This document shows, one piece after another, positions 12,446 through 24,506 of a DNA stretch of 64,000 bases (position 1 is the stretch's first letter; each line of letters starts with the position of its first letter). The stretch comes from Antedon mediterranea (Eukaryota; Animalia; Echinodermata). Made by a program: the position numbers and the translations under genes. The stretch lies in contig NC_092670.1 in assembly GCF_964355755.1 (NCBI RefSeq), positions 18,214,795 to 18,278,794 of the forward strand, in the 5' to 3' direction. The notes beneath the pieces were generated by a model that searched no databases, had not been told where the DNA came from, and saw only the letters and a list, made by a program, of their open reading frames with translations.

Positions 12446-13337
12446 TAGATATGTTATGCGCGATTTGAACGATTTGCGCAATTTGAAATTGCGCAAAAAA
12501 AATCCTTGCGCAATTTGAATTGAAACATGTGTTTCAAATTGCGCAAGCAGCGTATTAAATTGCGCAAGTAATCTGCAAATTGCGCAAGGTTTTTCGACAG
12601 ATTGTGAAATCATGCACACCCATATTTTTATAGTAATTTCTAAGAATGATTCAAAATTAAAGATAAATATCGCATTTCCTTATTTTAGTAGTGCAAATAT
12701 TGTTATAAGTTAGCATACCGTCGAAGAACCGACGAAGGAAAACGAAGCGGTGGTGTTCCACCAGGCGGGCGCGGCGCGGGCGGCCGGCTATACTACTCTA
12801 GCCTAGCTAGGGTCTGGACTACTGATACTGACTAGGTTACATGGCCTAGCTTAAACTAATATTAAAAACTTAATTTTTACATTTATTTTGATTTATTTCA
12901 AGTTACAGTGATAATATTATTTAATTGTAATAATAAATGTTATGTATTTATTATACACATGTTATCTTCGCATTTATTATGTTTTATTTTGAGTTATTTA
13001 GTTTCCAATAAATTATTATAATACCGATTTTCTGGTAGAATTTTGTTGCGCAATTTGAAAATTTACAGTTCGTTTTCAAATTGCGCAAAGGTGTCATATT
13101 GCGCAAGAACTATCTTGCGCAATTTACAAATTGTGCAGCGCAATTTAAAATTGCGCAAAGATTTTCTTGCGCAATTTGAAATTGCGCAAGTTGATTGCGC
13201 AATTTGAAATTGCGCAAAAAAATCCTTGTGCAATTTGAAATTGCGCAAGAATTCTTTGCGCAATTTGAAATTGCGCAAGGATTTTTTTGCGCAATTTCAA
13301 ATTGCGCAAATCGTTCAAATCGCGCATAACAGATATA
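12446..13337. mobile_element. Non-autonomous foldback-type TIR element with TTGCGCAA palindrome arrays
   Basis: Ends tgttatgcgcgatttgaacgatttgcgcaatttgaaattgcgcaaaaaaa inverted at both sides; about 20 TTGCGCAA octamers in the arms; no credible ORF. Confidence 0.88.
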
Positions 13338-13719
13338 TTAAAAATACAATACAGTAGGCCCTGTGAAATAGGTCCTGGTTAGTACAGTAGGAGGCGTACA
13401 TTACTACTGCCAGCATAGTAGACCCACACATGGAGGAACAAATATTTATTTTCCTCCATGGTATAGTATAGACCTAGCTAGGCTAAATACTAAGGCCCAC
13501 CAGGGCTAGTAGTAGGCCTACTTACTAGGCTACCCCTTTCTGACCTAAATTGACGTTAAACAACTTAAATATGCCTAGCCTAGACAACAAAAATATATAG
13601 TATTTATCTTATCTGTTTACATGTTAATTTTTCGAAATATTGCACAGAAGAGTGTAGTTAGTGTATTTTAAATATCAAAAACAATCTTTTTACAGTTTGT
13701 TGTCTTTTTTCATTTTCTG

Positions 13720-13830
13720 TCATAGCGCCCCCTTGAGGTTTCTTTAAATGGAGAGGTGGTGCGCACGCGCATTTCAACATAAAGAAAAAGCAAGGCCTCG
13801 CGCTGCGGATCGGAACGGAAGAAGATGCTA
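13720..13830. promoter_or_regulatory. Probable bidirectional promoter INPP1/MPLKIP with NRF1-type and ETS-type sites
   Basis: TGCGCACGCGCA at 13760-13771 (NRF1 consensus YGCGCAYGCGCR), CGGAAG near 13817, local CpG enrichment between divergent genes. Confidence 0.55.
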
Positions 13831-13949
13831 ATTTTAATTTGTTATTATTACTAATATTTATCTATTTTTGTGTTTAAGGCTAGGCCTAGTCAAAAGATTA
13901 TATAGTGAATTACGTATAGATTGTGTTTAATAGTTAATATTATTAACAA

Positions 13950-16806
13950 ATGGTCATGAATACTGGTAGGTTCAGGCAACAAAATGTACAAGCTGGTCGT
14001 GGTGGGAACTTTCACGACGGAACGTACAGCGGAGGTCGTCGAGGAGGAGGCCCAACGTGGAGAGGCCAACCTTCTCCTGGTTTTAGATCTCCACCGCCAA
14101 GAATGATGGGTTCGCCATGGGATTACAGCCCATCGTCGCGAGGTAATAGAGGCAGCCATATGGGGGCTAGGCCTAGCCCGAATCCAAGGTAATAATATAT
14201 AATTTATTAAAACGTAAATAAAGAATAAATAAAAAACAATACAAACAATCATTCATTGAATCAAGTATTTAATCATTTATTTATACTTTTATTATTTAAT
14301 ATTAACAATAACATCAACAATTTGTTGGATCCTTCTTTGATTTTAAATGTACTTTCCACAACAAATTATTTTAGTTAGGATGTTATTATACCCGATTTAA
14401 ACAATTTGAAATTGCGCAAGGATAGGTATGTCAAGATACGTGACGTCACACACTGTGGGTTTCGTCGCGAAACTCGTTCCTGTTTTTTTCGTCTTCATAT
14501 AGGTGCTTGATTTAAAAAATTAATTTAAAATGCTTATTGGCTGAATTTCACTAACCTTTGAACTTGTTTACATAGTGAACAGGTCAAAGTTTATTTTTGT
14601 CAAAAAAACAACATTTTTAGAAAAGCGATCGCGACGTGGTACACAAGTTAATTTTAGCATTGGAAAAACGCATTAATTTTACACATTTCGTAAGTATTGT
14701 CTTTTTCAAAAAATATCCTGTATTTTTCTTTATAATATAAACAGTATTCCTACTTAGTTTGAAGGAAATTGATCGTTAATCAATCACAGTTTAGCCCACA
14801 ACAAATAACCCAACTTCAGAGCTGGGGGTTGAGAATGGATGTTGTTCAATACACTATATTCAATGAATAGTGCATGTTAAAGCAGATTAAAAATGCCATA
14901 TTTTTTATGAAATCGACGTACTATAGCCAGATTTGTGACTAAAATGTCAAATATAAATATTAATTATTATTATTTTATACGATATTTGTTTAGATTCCAA
15001 TGTAATTAATTAGATAATTTAAGATTAAAACGCCATTTGAAATAACTGGTGTGGTTTTGGAAATTGCATATGGCGGTGTACTATTCTGTCATTGGCTGAT
15101 ATATGCCACGTGACCATAATGGTGGTCTGCCATTGGATGATTTCAATAGTATAAGGAATAATCATCTTTTGTTTTATTTTAACTTTATTTTGCTTTATTT
15201 ACAGTAGATATCAGACTTTAATTTCAAGAATCAAGAAATCCAACTATTATTTCAACCATTTGTCTGGTAAGACCATTCTATTAATTCAAAGTAATACAGA
15301 ATTTTATTTAAATGCAATATTTATTTATTGTTTAAACTTGATTTTGTATGTTTTGAAAAATGTTATAGTTATGATTATATTTTATTTTTTTATAGAAATG
15401 TCAGGAACACATAAAAAAGAGAAGAGAATGCTACCAGTAAAAGTGAAAGGCGATTTATTAACGCAATAAGCAGTACTGTATATAATTGTTTCCTGTATCT
15501 TCTGGGAGGGGGATAAAGTTTTAAATCATTTATTTCTAATTCATCTTGATGTACAGTATAGTTACATGATCTTGCCAATTAACCTGTGTGAAAAAAAATT
15601 CAAATGATTTTTATGTGTTAAAATATGCTATGTTTATGGTTCAAATATCTATTTTGCGGGAGGGGGGTAACGTTTAAATATAATTTATTTTTAATTCATC
15701 TTAATGTACAGTGTAGATACATGATCTTGTCATTCAACCTGTGTGAATAACAAATTTCAAATGATTTTATGTGTTAAAATATGCTATGTTTATGGTTCCA
15801 GTATTTCTATTATTGGGGAGGGGGTAAAGTTTAAATACATTTTTTTTCTAAATCATCTTGATATACAGATGAATGTATTGTGTTTGATGTTATCAGTTTG
15901 ATATTCAACTGGTGTGAAAAAAGAATTAAAAAAGAATTACAAACAAAAAAGTTATGACTTTATATTTTCAGAAGTAAAAGAAAGGTCACAAAATTTTGTA
16001 TATTTTGTATATACAATTTATCACCGAATTTGATTATTAAAAGAAATCGTATAAAAAAAAATAGTTGACTGATTTTGTTCATTTAAACTTTGTTGAATTC
16101 CATTTTTTAAATAGAATTATAAAAAAATAGTTTGGTTAAAATCAAATAAATTTGAAATTTTTCTTGACATACCTAGCAAGGAATTTCTTGACGTTTTTTA
16201 GACCTAGGGCCTAGGCCTACACTACAGTACTAATTTATTGTCTTAATAAAGATGATTTATGTTTTTTCGTAGATTTAGAGGGCAGTCTTCAGGTGGTTAT
16301 AATCAACGTAATTCCCCATACGGCTCACCATATTCACCGAACTCATCATTTTCGTCTCCAAACCATCCACACTTTTCACCTCATCGTGGCTATCATCGCA
16401 CTTCCAGTCCACGGTATGGGTCCCCTGGCCAAGAAGGACGAGGCAGAGGCAACAAAGGCTATAGCAGGGGAGGATGGAACAAAAATAAGGTTTGGATTCA
16501 TGATCATACGCCTTCAATTCTTTTGGTTAAAAAATCACAGAATTAGAAATTAACTGTAAAGTAAAATATGTATTATTCTTTTTTATTATATATGTTTTTT
16601 TTATAGCAGAGTTAATATATTGCAGTTAATAATATATTATTTTGTATTTGTAGGGTAGGGGAATGAACCGAGGTAATTGGAACGGAGGAGGCGACATCAG
16701 TGTTTACTTCAGTCCAGAAATGCTTATTAGTCCATGGAAAGAACTTGAACGTCTTCACATCAGCAACACCCAAGAGAACCCATCCAGTAAAGACAACCAA
16801 ACATAA
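13950..16806 (+). CDS. MPLKIP: M-phase-specific PLK1-interacting protein / TTDN1-like (202 aa, 3 exons)
   Basis: Exons 13950-14188, 16273-16489, 16654-16806(TAA); phases consistent. G/R/S/P-rich low-complexity body and C-terminal 'YFSPEMLISPWKELE' resembling the MPLKIP signature Y-x-x-P-S-M-L-E-D-P-W; convergent with CDK12/13. Confidence 0.78.
14423..16175. mobile_element. 1.75 kb non-autonomous DNA transposon in MPLKIP intron 1
   Basis: Perfect 14-bp TIR TAGGTATGTCAAGA / TCTTGACATACCTA flanked by direct repeat GCAAGGA (14416-14422, 16176-16182); internal ~155 bp tandem triplication near 15505-15920. Confidence 0.88.
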
Positions 16807-18171
16807 GTGAAGGCATTGGCAGCAAACTGGATGGAAAACTATAAGGATTGCAGAAGACTCAGGAACCTGGAGAGGTCATTTCCAGGTAACTGATTTTGTA
16901 CATTTTATGTACAAGTTACACTCTTGGTAATTTAACTAGGGTTAACATATCCTATGTTACTATTGGAAAATGTTGATCGTGCTAGGTCGTTAAAAGCGCA
17001 AAAAATGCCATGTGATGTGCATATAAACATACCTCACTGGTATAAACCGGATCTTGAACGGCAATTTAAATCGATAACTATAAAACATTTGTAAGATGAC
17101 GTACAAGAATAAGCCCCAATATGTGGGTCGACAAGAGCCAAGTTGTGGATTGTGAAATTATGACTAAAAAGAAGTTGAACATTTTAATACAATATCGGAG
17201 ACAAGAGTTGAATAATTACGGAGAAAGGATGGATTCTAAAAATAGGATGCGAACTAACAAATCAAATTATTTTTAAACTGGAAAAAAACCAAACCTTTTC
17301 AAATAGGTGTTTTACTAGGCAACCTGCCGGTCAGGTTTACAGAAAAAAATTTGTTAAAAATGACAATATCCAGACAACTAATTCTGATTGCTTTAGAACG
17401 TTTTATTTACTTTTGATTTACCTGTCATGTTTTATATAAGTTCCAAAAAGGACAAATTTAAATGGTCTTTAAATAAATTTTTTAAAAGGTAGTTATGAGT
17501 AGAATGTGAAGTTCTAACCAGTGTATATATATCGTTTTATTATCGTCGTCGTTAGTGTCTATATTTACTAAATGATGTTGTCTAATTATCTGATAATTGC
17601 GTCATTTGTAAACTTGTGTGATTTTATACTTAAACTGTCAGTATTATGGTAAGTACAGTACTGTTATTGGTGGTATTTAAAATCTAACTCAAATTAAATA
17701 AAACTAGTTTTAAATAATGCATTTAAAGTAACTGTACATTAAAAAATTATTTTTAAAAATTGGAATTTTAAAATTTGTATAATATGAAATTAAATTGATT
17801 TTCGAATTTTTCAAATACTGAAATTTCAACAGCAGTTTCGGTGAGCACTGGTGGATTTTAACCACCGGATGGCAGTCACAAGGACCGTCATCACCGAGTG
17901 CTCTTCTTTCTTTAGAAAATGCCGCCGATCTCACAGTACTGTGAAAAATACCTGGATTCTATTTTTAAAGCCATATTTTTAAAATTCCATTTGGCCTACA
18001 TTTTGAATAAAATTGAATTGGCACTTACAAATAATGTGTTTTTGTCGTTCATTTTATTTTTTAAAAGACTGTACGCTAGCTGTATGATATGGAATGTCAT
18101 TTATTGTTATTGTAGTCATCTGATACTGGTCAACGATACATTCCTGCAAAAAAAAAAACAACCGGTTGATT

Positions 18172-18369
18172 ACTGGTCATTCACAAACAAATTGGTGTAC
18201 TATAAGGCCTAGCGCCTTCCTCCCCCTCTCATTCAAAACTAGTCATTCACATACAAATTGGTGTACTATAAGGCCTAGCGCCTTCCTCCCCCTCTCATTC
18301 AAAACTAGTCATTCACATACAAATTGGTGTACTATAAGGCCTAGCGCCTTCCTCCCCCTCTCATTCAAA
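18172..18369. repeat. 66 bp tandem repeat, 3 near-identical copies
   Basis: Unit actagtcattcacatacaaattggtgtactataaggcctagcgccttcctccccctctcattcaaa. Confidence 0.95.
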
Positions 18370-18421
18370 ATGGTTAGGAAAATATAATATGGTAGACAAA
18401 ACATAGGGTATACTTTGTGTT

Positions 18422-18620
18422 AGCGCTGTAGCTTGGTGGTTAATGTGCTTGCCTTCCAATCCCAAGGTCCAGGGTTCAATCCTGACCTAGTACCAACTCA
18501 CAACTCCGCATCCTAAGCCTCTAATGAGACTTGGTTTATAAGCACAATAAATTATAATAGTTTATCCATCCTGTAATTGGCGACTTACTCGCTGTTGGAT
18601 GCGTATGAAATAAAATAAAT
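18422..18620 (+). mobile_element. tRNA-derived SINE
   Basis: A-box tagcttggtgg and B-box ggttcaatcc at tRNA spacing, ~120 bp body, AATAA-type tail; no intact cloverleaf. Confidence 0.7.
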
Positions 18621-19439
18621 TGATAAAAAGTACAATATATTTTACTTTTTTATTAGATGCATTTATGATCAACTACGAGTTGGTACCTTTTGAATTTATC
18701 TTTAAATTGGGAGAAGACATTTCTCTGCAGCTCTGTGTAGGTTAAAAGTAGCTTGGCTTATACAACATGCATGGTATTTTTCTCATAATAAATTTCATGG
18801 ATTTCGATTTGATCACATGACAGGTTTTGTTTCAGCTGATTTTAGACATCATCATCCTCTAAAGCTTTATTTAATACCATCTTTAATGAGGGTGGCCTAT
18901 CCAGTTCCAGTGAAGGAACTGATCATTGAGGTTCCCACTTGGACAAAACGCAAGGATGTAAGCGTGATTCAAGTAACTTCACCAATCATGACGCAATTGA
19001 TCATCCGAGTGGTTGCGTGGGAACTAAGCTTTAACGTCGCATTAAAGCAAATTATATAAAAAAAAGTTGATGTTGATATGTATTTCAACCTTTATATTAA
19101 TAGACCTACATGGTCATTTATCAGAAACAGCTTTGTTAAACATATTAATGATGTAACCTAGAAAAAGCACTAGGTTCCCTACATGTGGCTTTACAAATTG
19201 AAAAACAAGTGTCGCATTGTATTGCAATAGAATTGATTTTATTCGTTTCCACAATTTTGTAAATGCACATGTACAATAATACATGGTCTATGTGTACCAA
19301 AATTGGCCGGTTATGGGAATAAGATACAAAATCCTAAATGGACATCTAGGAATGAGATTATATGTCAAACCAGGGAAGAGCGACCGATCAAATCTACACT
19401 CCATTCAAACATCTATGGTAAACAATATAGTATTTGTTT

Positions 19440-19930
19440 TATCAATCTGGTATGTAAAATAGGGTAAAATAGGACAAATTAGGGGTGGGACTATTGCTTA
19501 AATTATTTTAACATTAACAATGATTTAGTATGTAAAATATGATAAATTAGGGGTTGACTATTGCTTAAATTATTTTAACATTAACAATGATTTAGTATGT
19601 AAAATAGGACAAATTAGGGGTGGAACTAATTGCTTAAATTATTTTAACAGTGATTTTGTATGTAAAATATTATAAATTAAGGGTGTCACTATACTTAAAT
19701 TACATTAACAATGAAATGGTACTGTATCCATAAATTAGGGGTGGGACTACACTCAAATTGCATTAATAATGACACTTTACTGTAAATTAGGGATGGGATC
19801 ACACTTAAATTAAATTAATGACATTGTACTATAAATTAGGGGTGGGACTTAACTTGAATTACATTAATAATGACACTTGACTGTAAATTAGGGATGGGAC
19901 TACATTCAGGGACTGTATTAACAATGATGT
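19440..19930. repeat. Degenerate 50-68 bp tandem repeat, about 8-9 units
   Basis: Recurring taaattaggggtgggact...cttaaattacattaacaatga. Confidence 0.85.
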
Positions 19931-22029
19931 GGTCTCTAAAATCTATAGATTAGTAATAGTAGCCAGACAATGGGACTTGAATTGGCTAACTATTTGAAAT
20001 CTAGCCAAATTAGGTTGCAGGACTATACATTTAAAAATTAGCAACAATTTTTCCACAAAAGGGAAAAAATCGTCATAATGTAGACTTTTTTCCAAAATGT
20101 AAATGGTTAAAATATGAATTTGCGAATAATTTTACCTAGTAGAAAACAGTTGTTATGCCAGATCTACTATCTAGATTATTTTTATATTATCTTTTAGTAA
20201 ACTTTAAACTGTATTTGTACTAAGCAGCTTTATAAAGCCTAATCCACTGTTTTAATTCCCGAGTAAAACTACCGACCTAGATCCACTTTATGATGGTGGG
20301 AAATCACTTTTTATTTTTTAAATATTATCATTTTCCTTAGTTGTAAAAAATTCTTTTTAAAAAAATCTGTACTTTCTTAATACACAGTACAGTTGTTTAA
20401 GGTTGGTAGAATTTAAAAAACTAAATTGGAACAATAATTAATATTAATCATCGATTTTAAAGTACAAACATAAAAAAATTTAGAAATTATTGTATTCCAA
20501 CCTACATTTTATAAACCTAGTAATATTAACATTCCATTATTAGCAAATATGAGTTTAAGGATATTAATGTTAATTGGAAATGAAAGAGTTTAAGGACATT
20601 TTAATTTGTATATCATAAAATATGGGTGCATTAAGTGAAACGTAACCTAGATATTTTACAATACTTTTTTATGAGATATTCATTTTGCTTTAGTTTAAAA
20701 TATCAATTCTTATACAACACACAAATCCAGGATTTTTTTAACAGAATAGCACAAAATATATTAATAGTAAATAGAAAGTGGTTTATAATTTCATTTTAGC
20801 TGTTAAAAGGGCGAGTGTGCGGGCCTTGCGCTACATACTGGAATAATAAATTTAAATGTAAACGTAACCTAGTAAGAAATATTTAAAGGGTATAAGAATG
20901 AGGGTGGGGGTGTATTTATTTAATAAAATACGAAGTTAAAATAAACTTATGTATCCTGCACAGAAACACACTATTTTAAAAATGGCTTAAATTTCTACAA
21001 AATATAAATACTTACTGGGTAAATTATGGGTATGAATAGTCAAATAGATGGTGAACTTAGTTGCGAGAATTCGGTCAAAAATTGCATAAACAGTTTGACT
21101 CGGGCATAAGCCCATTCGGGGGTATATGCTTATTTCAATAAATTGGAACAAATTTCAGTAAAACAATCTATATAGGTATTGACCAAACTAAGTGTTAGTT
21201 CTTGGTTATAATCGAACTAATTCATTTTCCTGCCAAGGATAGGAAGGTAGAAATTACCCATCGTCAGCCTCACATACTACACTTGGCTTATAATTTATCA
21301 TTTAGATAACCTAACTACAACTTACTATCTATTCACCTACCTGCATTCCGTTATCATCTGCTTCAGGACGCTGTCATTTTCTTGTTGATCCAGACTTCTT
21401 TCAAAGGACGTTTTGCAAAATGGTTTAAAAATTATTTTATTCAAGTGAATGACAATTTTTGTTGAAATAATTATACGTCACTGTATCATGGTTTAACTGT
21501 AAATTGCTATAGTATTTGTCTTGTAATGCATTTCAAACGCAATATAGTATATAAGATAGTAGAAATTCAGTTTTTGTCTAAACTGCTCATTTTAAGCATA
21601 TTTCTGAAAATCAAACCACTTGTTCTCTATACTTAATTCAATCACGAACCCACACTACGAATATTTCAAGACTAAATGTTCAGTTCAATAGTGTTGTATA
21701 CAAAAAAATGAGGAAGGTGAAAAATCCAAGGAGTACCGAACAATACTTGAAAATAAGCAAATCAAAGTAGGCTCTCATAGGGAGTTGTTACTTTTCCTAA
21801 AGGTCAAAGTTCAATCCCCTCCAATCGTAGATCACATATAAAGATTTCAAAATGGGGAGGGGATATGAACCTTGTGGCTTGATATTATTAATCTGTAGAA
21901 TACTGTACATATATTATATTTCTTTTTTGGAAATTTAGGGTGGATACCGTTCACCCGTCACTTGGATCCTCCTATGGTTGCACATATTTTGTCTTTAAAA
22001 TAATAATAATTCATACCAATCAATTCTAC

Positions 22030-22661
22030 AACCACCAAAATCACTATAACCTTCAAAGATGAATTATTTTGTTAAAATATATCTCTGTCTCATCAGCATT
22101 TCAATATAATCAAGGTAGTTCTGCAAATGCTAATTTCTGATGCACATTTCTCTTTAAAATAACTTACCACAGCGGTTAAATTCTAGATTTCACATCTATT
22201 GCATCATGGATGTCCTAATAGAATTGTCAAATTCCAGTCCATCAAAAAATAACTTTTGAGTATCAGAAAGCAGACGACTCTTTCTGGCAACTGAGCATCA
22301 GCTAAAACAGATAATTTTCTGCCGAACAAAAATCTGCATCGCTGCAAAGCAGACATCTGTTTGGCAAACATAGAACATCAATTCAACAGCCAACTATTAT
22401 ATGCGTCAAGTTTAAATTCTTCCAGTTATAATACCACAAACTTGAGTTCAGTAACGTCCGTTATAAAAATTACATCCATAAGCAGCCACTGGTATCATTT
22501 CACAAGACCACATCAGTTTCTCAAAGCATTTTAGTGCAAATCCAACCAATTAAAAGACAGTAAAATGTGCAAATCCATTATGTCGCATACAATGTATCCT
22601 CGTTAATATTCCGGTCATAAAAGCCGCATCACAGACTAATCGTAGAAATTCAAGAAGCTAC
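22030..22661 (-). pseudogene. Possible heavily decayed BTB-BACK (Kelch-like family) gene fragment
   Basis: Across frameshifts: 'LEFLR..CD', 'IHC', 'TGRI/KLDAYNSWLLN*CSMF', 'CRFL', 'AENYL', 'LADA' in BTB/BACK order; acceptor tttcag near 22662 and donor gtaagt near 22167. By-eye match only. Confidence 0.3.
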
Positions 22662-22831
22662 TGAAATTTGAAAGTTGTTGTTATATATAATATGCAGTAG
22701 TTATTTTTACAGCTTTTGGAACATACAAAAACAATTTTTGTAAAATTATGACTTACTCATTTATACAAAATATTGAAAGTTGTTGAGACAAAGTAGTTTA
22801 ACTATGTTTATCTAAGGTTATTTACCCGATC

Positions 22832-22963
22832 CACTGTCTACACTATCAAACTTTATGAGACAACAAAATTTGATTTGCGCATATATAAACACGATGATGT
22901 CCTGACTACCATATTTGGGCACATCACACTTAATTTTGTCAAACTAGTTTGATAGTGTAGCTT
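22832..22963. mobile_element. MITE family A copy (ends eroded)
   Basis: ctgtctacactatcaaactttatg ... gtcaaactagtttgatagtgtag. Confidence 0.85.
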
Positions 22964-24506
22964 AAGTTGGTTATCTAACCACCAAAGTTAATTGGTCAAG
23001 GGCCAACTCAAGTCTATGTCATTCCTGTAGTGTCCTACCTAGGTGTCCCTATTCATAATCATATATATTAACAATTATTTTCCAAAATTCTGTAATAAAC
23101 TATTATTTATAATAATTGAATTGAAGCCTTATTCTTTATACAAGCCTACACAAATTAACAGATTATATTTTAACTACGAATCCCAACATATCTTTAGTTT
23201 TAACTGCTGCTACTGTATAACACAATATTGTACACAAGCTATTCGAAATCCTACTGGATATTATACTGTGTTGATATGTCTATTCATCGCATTTTATCAG
23301 TTCATGAATGAATGCCACGAGTTGGCAAAATAAACATTCTTAAAAAACTTTCTACAACTGTTTTTATTGAAAATTTAATAAATAATCTGTTAAAAGTAAT
23401 CATGTCTGTATCTATATTATGCTGAGGATATTTAATATTGTATCAGTTGTATTGCAATTATGATGTAATTGATGAATAAATAAATGTGAAATTAATAAAT
23501 AATTGAACAAAAAATGTAATTCAGTTATAAAGCAGCGAATTTAGTAAAAATAACATTTTTGACAAAGGTAGGTAATTTGAAATAAACTTTCATGTTTCTT
23601 AGTTTTAAAATTGTTTTACAATTATTTTATCACTCGGATATAATATGCCAAATAAGGAGTAAAATCTTTGTGTAAATTGTATGAATTTTCTTTATGCATT
23701 CAAATATATAATTTTATTGTAATAATTACCAAATAAAAATTATTTAACAATTTAATTTTTTAGAGTTCCTAGAAAGCCAATGAATACATTATTTCATAAA
23801 ATTTTCTTTAGTGTAATATCTTGACATGTAAAAATGACATAAAAATAAAACCAGTATTTCTTTATAATCATTTATTTCACTGTACAGAGATCATTAGCAA
23901 CAATCTTATCTTCCAAAATTAAATGACACCTAAAAGTTTCTTCCAAACAAATTTTTTTTACAGGTACATATTGAAACTTATATTTTATTTGGGATCTCGT
24001 TGACTAAAGGAAACGGATTTCCCTGTAATTAGCGCCATACAATGCTTCTTGCAAAGAAGCCAGCAAGTACGTGTCACTATTGAAAACATAAGACGTATTT
24101 GACTGGTTTGACAAGTTCCTTAAACTGCTAGAAAAAGATCCACTCACACAGACCTGCTCAAAATAAACCAGATTGCAAATTTCCTAAGTTATTGTGAGGA
24201 ATCGGCAACAAAACAACACTGGACGTTTTGCACACATTATAAACAATGAAAATATTGACCATTGCAATTTCCTTGCTAACTATCTCTGTATAAAGATTCT
24301 CTTTTGATTACGAATATTTTAAAAGACATAAAATAATATTTCAATAATTTGAACAAAAAAATTTACTAAAATTATGAAATAATTTCGTATAACAAATTGA
24401 ATACAACAATAGTGTATATCTGATTACCATCTACCACTTGGTCAAATGTGTTGATGATCAGCGGCAAATACATTTTTGTAATTCCTCCCATCGTACATCA
24501 TCTCTG

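Noticed and set aside
13063-13327. Short ORFs with LRNFKLRK / AQFQIAQ repeats (also 12437-12619)
   Set aside because: Translations of the TTGCGCAA transposon arms
16880-16895. 3'UTR intron donor (CAG|GTAACT) ~80 nt after the MPLKIP stop, implying NMD regulation
   Set aside because: Only a motif match; no acceptor or downstream exon can be supported without transcripts
18422-18495. Functional tRNA gene
   Set aside because: A and B boxes present but stems do not pair well, and it continues into a SINE-like body and tail
24424-24506. CDK12 read-through or frameshifted C-terminal extension
   Set aside because: All three frames meet stops within about 25 codons; no recoding signal evident
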